A DNA stretch of 43,404 nucleotides from Eledone cirrhosa. Lineage: Eukaryota. Shown one piece after another: positions 36,256 through 43,404 of this stretch (position 1 is the first letter of the stretch; every line of letters starts with the position of its first letter). The DNA lies in the NCBI GenBank assembly GCA_964016885.1, contig CAXHJY010000806.1, forward strand, positions 1 through 43,404, given 5' to 3'. Position numbers and translations under genes: made by a program. The notes under the pieces were generated by a model, which saw nothing but the letters and a program-made list of their open reading frames with translations, did not search any database and was not told the origin of the DNA.

Positions 36256-37113
36256 CTGAACAGACGGGTCTTTCACTGGTTTTTCCAGTTTCCACATAAT
36301 AAAAGGGTGTGCTTCAGTAATCTCTACATTTTTTTTGTTACTGACACGCGATACAACATCAGTATCGAAATACTTAGGCCGATTGTCGATATTCTTTTCA
36401 CTTAATGCTGGAGAGAAGTACATTTCATCAGGGAAATATTTCCGCAAAGTTGACTTTAAGCCATTAGTAGTCTCTAAATAAGGTGGATCAATTTTTATGT
36501 AAGGTGATATAGATAAAACTAAGTCATCTAGTGCTTTCCGAATCTTCTGCTGTTGTGCAACTTTTTGTTCTTGTAGTGCAACAGAACTATGAAATATAGA
36601 GTCGTCCTTGGTGGTGAGATAGTTATGTAACGGATCAGAGAAATCAGTGAGTTCTTCTATGCCAGGTGGTTTCCTCCTGTTACATATGGTATCTTTACAA
36701 AGTTTGTTCCCATCACTGCTTTGACTAACTTCTGTCGAAATGTCCAGGGACCGATCATCTTCTTTACTTGAATCAATGTCTTTTTCTGAAGATTCACTAT
36801 CAACCATGTCCGTATCACCAACTTCCTCAACTAGTTGAAGAGACAAAGTCATTGAATTTGCCGTTTTAAAGGCATCTCTCCTTGATTGATTATTAAATAC
36901 ATGTCCCATGTTATCTATCACATCTTTCTTTTCATTATTTAAATCTTGTTGAGAATCTTTATGTTCAGAATGAACATCTGATGTGCCAGCGTCTAAATTG
37001 AGACCTACTTCATCTCCAGAGGGTGGAGGGAGACCAAATTCATCCATAATAAATGAAACTTCAAGTTGAGAATGATATGCTGCATAAATCATAAATTGCA
37101 TTATTTTTTTCAC
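36256..37113 (-). CDS. PIKFYVE: PIKfyve large exon (286 aa): VKKIMQFMIYAAYHSQLEVSFIMDEFGLPP...LVLSISPYIKIDPPYLET...KDPSVQ
   Basis: TTATTGTCAG acceptor, CAG/GTAAGT donor, 858 nt, phase 0-0; coincides with track ORF 36244..37113. Confidence 0.96.
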
Positions 37114-38699
37114 CTGACAATAAAAGAGAAGACATCAGTAAAATAATCACATTTCTACAATTTTTAAATATAGTAAAAACTAATCTGCTTGATCAAGCAA
37201 GCTTTTATTTTTGTTATTTTTTTTTTCATTATAAACGGTTGCTGGTCCCACTATTAAGAGCATTTGGAACACTTTATAAAATGATTGGCAATCAAATGGT
37301 AGCACCAACAGTAGAAAGCAGGGCCTATGAGGTGGAGTCCAGTCAGTACTTTGTTTCCCACAGCAACCAAGCAACATCCATTTTGAGAAAAATCTTTGTC
37401 TGCTTCGGGCCCCAAAGGGGTCTTGTACCACCTTGCAAAGTTTCTCTTGGAGGCCCTGGTAGAAAGGACTCTTCAGCCATGTCAAAAACATGATAACCTC
37501 TGAAGGGCTGGTGCCATGATAAAATGTACCCAGTAAACTTTGCAAGTAGTAGATATTAAAAAGAGTATCCAACTATAGAAACTATGACAAAATATGTGTT
37601 GAGAAAGACATGGTACCCTGACTCATCTAGAGGGACTGTAGTTTCATTTAAGTACTGACTTGATCTGTAAACAAGCCATCCAACCCAGGTTGACATAGAA
37701 AAATAAACAGAAAATTACAACAATTTTAATTGGTATAAACTTCAGTCAACCATGGTACAGTAAAAATACAGTATCATCATCATTTTATGTCTGCCCTCCA
37801 TGCAGGCATGTGTTGGATGGGTTGTCATGGCTTGAAATCGGACAGGTTGGAACGACTCATCTTGCTCATTACATTCCATATTTGGTATGGTTTCTACAAC
37901 TGGATGTCCTCCTTAATGCCAACCACCTTACAAGGTGTACTGGGTATATTTTTTGTGATGCCAGTACTTAACTTTACAGAGTAAACAGGGTTCATTTTAT
38001 TGCAGTAGCAACACCAACACTTTACAGGTGTAGTAGGTGCATTTTATTGTGGAACCAGTACTAAAGAGGCTGTTACATGGTAAACCTAACCTAACATTGT
38101 CTCCGTTTAGTTGCCAAACACTAGTCTCTGGTCTCTCATCATCTCTACTTTTAGTATTGCAGTGCTTATACTGGTGGATGGATCATTTGTATGATGGCAT
38201 ATCACTAATCAGTATCAAAATACAAATGAAGAATACAAGAATCTACTAATCTGAATAATCTTTACCACTGTAAAAAGGATGCAGCTAGTGTTTTAGGGTC
38301 ATTTTCTCGTGCTAAAGCAGAAGTTAGTCACAAAATACTTCATACTCATCATGGGGTCCTTTTAGAGTAAACATATTATGGCCAGATCTCCTGCCTGGTG
38401 TCAAACCTTTTAGTTGTATATTTAGTAACACTAACACACAAAGTAATAGAGGAGGAGGAGGATAAACTAAGATATACTTTAGACAAAAAAAAAGTCTATG
38501 AAGCTCAAAATAAAAATTAAAATTTCAATGCATGTGTTGCTATCATGCAAAGTATCACAATACATAAATTACCACCATACAATAGTTAAGAATAAATCAG
38601 GATGCATTTACTGCCATGAGGTGTGAAACAGTGGATAATTGTCTTTAGAATTGCACAACAATGCAAGAGCAAAATGTTAAGATCTTAATGTTTACTTAC

Positions 38700-38794
38700 T
38701 CTTTTCAATTCGCTGTTATGAGAGCCTCTCAGAGTTACTGTACAGGCAAGATTTTTGGCACAATCATCAAAATATAATAGTGTCTTCGTGTGAC
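38700..38794 (-). CDS. PIKFYVE: PIKfyve exon: (G)HTKTLLYFDDCAKNLACTVTLRGSHNSELKR
   Basis: TCCTTGCAG acceptor, GTAAGT donor, 95 nt, phase 1-0. Confidence 0.95.
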
Positions 38795-38894
38795 CTGCAA
38801 GGATAAATGAATATGTTTAAACAAAGAATGCATTAAATGTAACAACTAGGTGTTGAATATGGTTTGTGTCCAAATTATGAATAATGTTCGAAAC

Positions 38895-40185
38895 CTAAAA
38901 AGGAACAGGGCACTTAAAGTTGATGAAAACTGTGGAGTAGGAAGAACTAGGAAGACTTAGGATGAGGTGATAAAAGCTGAACTCATACAATTGCCCCTCT
39001 CAAACACAGTGACATAGGATAGAGATCTCTGACGTTTATGCAGTAACTAGCATTAAAGCCCGGTGTTGCTCGGGGTCATTAAGTTACCAAAGTTAGGTTG
39101 CACCACCCATTTTATGGCAGCACTTTTTTGTCTGCCAGGCACTGGGTGAATGAATTGCAGACCTGGAAGCATGAGCTGCGCCAGCAGTGACAATTGTAGT
39201 TTCGCCTATGGATATTATCTCTGTGCAAAAAAGTGTTGAAATTTATTGTTTCACAGTAGTTGCGCAACACGCGCGTAGACGATGCCAGCCGAACAACAGA
39301 GCTGTGATGGAGTTGTTCTGCATGGTTGTCTGTGTGTTTTCTAAATTTAAGATAGTAGGGAGGGTTGTGATATGAGGGAGAGTTAGCTGCTGTTTCTAGC
39401 AGGTTTAGTGACCTCATAGAAGATATGTTTTCTAAATTTAAGACAGTAGGGAGGGGTGTGATATGGGGGAGAGTTAGCTGCTGTTTCTAGCAGGTTTAGT
39501 AACCTCATAGAGGATATGTGTTTTCTAAATTTAAGACACTAGGGAGTGGTGTGAACGGACAGTATCACCATCAAGCTTGGAAAGAGAAAGTAGTAGAAAG
39601 TATGAAGTTGTATAGATTTTGAATGGTAGTAGAAAGAGTTCAGCAGTTTAAATGAGAGAGAAAAATCGTAAAATATTGAGTTTTATCTATTTTTTGCGTA
39701 ATTGTGGGTGAAATTGAAAAAATTATCTGCGTCAAGACGCAATCGAAGCTATTTCGAGTACTGAATTGTAAATTGCAATTGAAGAAATTCTATATCGTAG
39801 ATTTCTATAACGAAGGAGCATGACCACACACTGAGCTCTATAGATTATGATACAGAAGACCCACCTTCCCATGTAGCATGGGTTGAAGTCTTTTTTTAGT
39901 ATGCACCACCTTTCTCTTCATCCCCCTTCCATACACCTCCCATGTCCTGACACCCTACCCATGCCCTAACATTCCACCCTAAATCTACCTCTTCAATTCC
40001 AACGCAAAGGTCCCTATACATAGTTATTGTGGTTAGCATCAGGAAGAGCATCTAACCATAGAAAACCAAACCCCAAATTGGAGCATATGAGTATGACGTG
40101 GTCACCCAGCCTATCTGGCCTCAGAACATAACAGCCTGTTTAACACATGAAAGCATGGGAAATAGGTGTTAAATGTTGATGATTG
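38895..40185 (+). mobile_element. Old RTE LINE 3' fragment split by a Helitron
   Basis: 38895-39046 encodes decayed R.ALKVD.N.GVGR..KT(W)DEVIKA.L; resumes at 39851 with TACAGAAGACCCACC and ends in a GTTGATGAT tail. Confidence 0.75.
39047..39850 (-). mobile_element. Non-autonomous Helitron
   Basis: Minus strand A/TC start at 39850, hairpin CCCGAGCAACACCGGG near the 3' end, CTAG/T end at 39047; sits between A and T of the host with no TSD; internal ~92-bp tandem repeats at 39334-39552. Confidence 0.88.
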
Positions 40186-40991
40186 TATATATATATATAT
40201 ATATATATGACTAATAATATATATAAATAATTTTATATATATATATATATATAAATGAAACATGCTTTTAACAGTGACTCTTTAAGAACACTAGAAATGC
40301 ATGTCTGAAAATATATTTTGTGTATATATGTGTGTGTAGTTAAAATAAAATAAACAACACAATACTAATATATACACTAATGATAGCATATGTATTTACA
40401 AGGACTAAGATTAGAGAAAATAATTAAGAGATTATTGAAATGATTCATCATATGTATACCATCCTTATTCTTAGTATCATTAACAAAAGGATGGTGAACT
40501 GGAAGAAATGGTAGAGTAATGAACTAAATGCCAAACAACATTATATTTCATTTCTAATATAAATGGTGTATATATGGAAAAATAAGTTAAATTAACTCCT
40601 CTTTCTCTTCACAACTGTAAACTAATGCAGATGTTTGAAATCAGTTTTAACCCTTTTGACACAAAACCTTTTGTTACCAAACTGTCTGAAACTGCCCTTG
40701 TTTTTACAATACAAAGCTGTTTATTTTCAAGAGTTTATCTAAAAACTTATATCATAATTTCATGCAAGAACTTTTAAGCCATCCTCCAAACACCAGCTTA
40801 ATAACAAGAAAGTTATATTACTAAATATCAGTAAATTTTTGATTATTTTCCTAATTATTTGAAACACATAAACAGTTTCTTTTGTTAAAAATCTAGTAAG
40901 AATGGGATTAAAATATTACATAAAGCTAAACAGAAAGTATCTGAATTTGTTAAAACTCAAAAATATTTTAAAGAATTCCTGTTATATTTAC

Positions 40992-41118
40992 CATTTGGAA
41001 GCTGGAAGTTTTTTACTTTAAATGAATTGCAAAACCCTAATTTTGGTTTGTTTACCAATCCATCAATTGAACGGACAATTTCTGCCTGAGTACATCTTGA
41101 TAATCTTTGCATCACACT
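40992..41118 (-). CDS. PIKFYVE: PIKfyve exon: SVMQRLSRCTQAEIVRSIDGLVNKPKLGFCNSFKVKNFQLPN(G)
   Basis: CTTTTTCAG acceptor, GTAAAT donor, 127 nt, phase 0-1. Confidence 0.95.
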
Positions 41119-41146
41119 CTGAAAAAGGATATTAGAACATGTTCTC

Positions 41147-41222
41147 AAAAGTTTACACATTCAACTCATGAAAAGTTTACACATTCAACTCATCAAAAGT
41201 TTACACATTCAACTCATCAAAA
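41147..41222 (+). repeat. 24-bp tandem repeat x3
   Basis: AAAAGTTTACACATTCAACTCAT(G/C) three times. Confidence 0.95.
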
Positions 41223-42793
41223 CATGTAAAAGCAGGCATAAAACAATGACGATGATGACTCCAATAGCTGGTGCTATGATAAAATGTACCCAGTCCAGTC
41301 TGTAAAGTAGTAATGCTATTACCATGATAAAATGCACTCAGTTCATTCTGAAAAGTGGTAGCGCTGGTGCCATGAAAAAAAAAAAAACACTTAGTATACC
41401 CTGTAAAGTGGTTGGTGTGAGTAAGAGCATTCAGCTGTGGAAACCATGCCAGATATGGTACATATAAGATGAGGTTGCTCCAACCCATCTGGTCTTGAAC
41501 TGTGCCAACCCATTCAACCCATGCCAGCATGGAAGGTGGGCATGGAAACAATGATGATGATGTAAGAGTGGATAGCACATAGCTTTATGAAGTACTGCAG
41601 AATTAAGGGGAAAGCTGTTGGATAAGGTTAGTATAGTTTGGGAAGGGAAATACAGAGGGATAGAATGCCACAGATGAGGAACACCAACTGAACAATAATT
41701 GTTTGGTTGACTTATGAAACATTGGGAAATTTGAAAATATAGTTGTCATGCAGGCATCTCTGACCACATCTTTTTGGCTCCAGTGATATTTAAAGTACCA
41801 TACTTTGCCCGATTTATTCAACTAGTTGTTTTATAGTTATTTGCATTGTGGTAACTATATTTTCAAACTGATCAATAATTGTTGTTAGACAAGATAATGA
41901 ATGCAAGTTGACTTGAATATAACATAACCCTGTGCGCATGCACACACACAATCAAATAGAACATAACAGAATGAATAGTACAATAAGAAATTAGACTAAA
42001 ATATAACATATCAGATGTGCTGGATGTCAGGGTCACTTTCAAAATAAGAGAGAGGGAAACAAATGATAAGCTGCAGAGGATGATGAAAATAGAACCAGTG
42101 ATGAATTTTGAAAAGACAAATGGAATGATATGGTTGGGTCATGTGCTGAAGAAAGATAACGGTAACTTAGTGAGCTGAGTGTTGGAAATGAATGTGGAAG
42201 GGAGTAGAGGAAGGGGAAGACCAAGAAAGACACAAATGAGGAGAAAGGAGAATGAAATTAGACAATAAGACAAAATAGAGATATTTGTCATGGAGCTCTG
42301 AAGACTAATCCCTGCAGAGAATATGGCCTTAAAATGTTGATTGTTGTTGTGTGTGGCAGAACTGCTTGAGCAGACACAACTGACTGTAGCCGCACAACAA
42401 CAAACAAGAGAAATATGTTAATTAATTCCACATCATTTTCTACAGATATACACATCAGGTATGTTATATTTTAGTCTAATTTGTTATTGTATTATACATT
42501 GCAATCATCATCAGTTAAGCTACTGATCATCATCATCATTGTTTAACATCCATTTTCCCTGCTAGCAAAGGTTTGACAGGTCTTCACTGGCCGAATCAGT
42601 ACAGAAGCACGACTACTGTATCGTCGTTGTCGTTTAACAGCAACGTCATTTAACAGCAGGATGCCCTTCCTAACACCAACCACATTTACAGTGTGGACTA
42701 GGAGCCTTTTCACCGTGTCTCCTACACGGCCACCTTAATATCAATTTTCCCTACTAGCAATAATTCGATATACTAATTCAAAAGAATACTTAC

Positions 42794-42934
42794 AGTTTTT
42801 GTATTGAAAATCAGAATGATGCCAGCTTCCAGGAGAAACTCTTGAGCTAATCGACATACTGATTTCTCCACCACAACTACATCTGGCTTCAAAGCACACA
42901 CTTTAGCAACACTGTTTTTTAAAAACTCTCTTTC
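42794..42934 (-). CDS. PIKFYVE: PIKfyve exon, CCT/TCP1-like domain: EREFLKNSVAKVCALKPDVVVVEKSVCRLAQEFLLEAGIILIFNTKT
   Basis: TTTTTTAG acceptor, GTAAGT donor, 141 nt, phase 0-0; strong motif match. Confidence 0.95.
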
Positions 42935-43404
42935 CTAAAAAATAAAAACAATACAGACACATGTAAGAAGTTTAACTTGCAATCACAAAAGTGTAAATGA
43001 TATGTAGGAGGGGATCATACTTGGTTTTAAAAAAACTTTGGTATAAATACAAAAAACAGTGAATCTTCTTTAAGAAAATGTTCTATATCTTACAATTACA
43101 AAAGTATAGCAGATGAGTAAGGTTTCATTTACTTTTGTTTAATAAAATACAGTGGCAGAGATAAACTATTAACTGTAGAAATGAATCTTCTTTAGTTTAT
43201 CAATCAATGGCTAGAGAGATTAAGAAATTTGTTTCACAATAATGTAGTTCTGTGTTCAATCCCACAGCATAGTACCTTAGGCAAGTGTTTTTTAACATTG
43301 CTTGAGTTGACCATTGCCTTGTGGGAGAAATTTTGTAAAGCCACAGTAATGCCATAATAATGATAATTGTTTTTAATTTAAGTACAAGGCCAGAGATCTG
43401 GGGA

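Larger units (their letters stand above)
6654..42934 (-). other. PIKFYVE: PIKfyve/FAB1 gene, internal portion (21 coding exons; gene extends beyond both window ends)
   Basis: Spliced translation matches recalled metazoan PIKfyve motifs in order: EREFLKN..VEKSV.R.AQ, TKTL.YFD.C...L.CTV.LRG, AYHSQLE.SF.MDEF, DFRARGGRI, HQ.L.VLFSS, PWIVTMEFYGKND.TLG.FLER.CF, WNMSFSKYLELRF, EPSSIIAYALS. All introns are GT-AG and all phases are consistent. Confidence 0.97.

Overview
AT-rich, repeat-dense animal genomic DNA. The SINE/LINE repertoire looks octopod (cephalopod), which is an inference from recalled repeat families and not a database result. The window lies inside one minus-strand gene, PIKfyve/FAB1 (1-phosphatidylinositol-3-phosphate 5-kinase). 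I traced 21 GT-AG exons from 42934 down to 6654. They join with consistent phases into 3187 nt (about 1062 codons), covering the end of the CCT/TCP1-like domain, the Cys/His-rich conserved region and the linker towards the kinase domain. The FYVE/DEP and kinase exons are outside the window. The introns hold RTE and CRE LINE fragments, tRNA-derived SINEs, two non-autonomous Helitrons, mariner/hAT/piggyBac-type MITEs, a ~4.4 kb 50-bp satellite and a 1.1 kb 40-bp minisatellite. The most notable item is a Penelope-like element at 4445-5086 with a 185-bp inverted repeat. One arm encodes, on the PIKfyve sense strand, an intact type I hammerhead ribozyme fold with a compensatory U3-A8 core; the other arm is its antisense copy with a broken core. 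Most ORFs in the supplied track are spurious.
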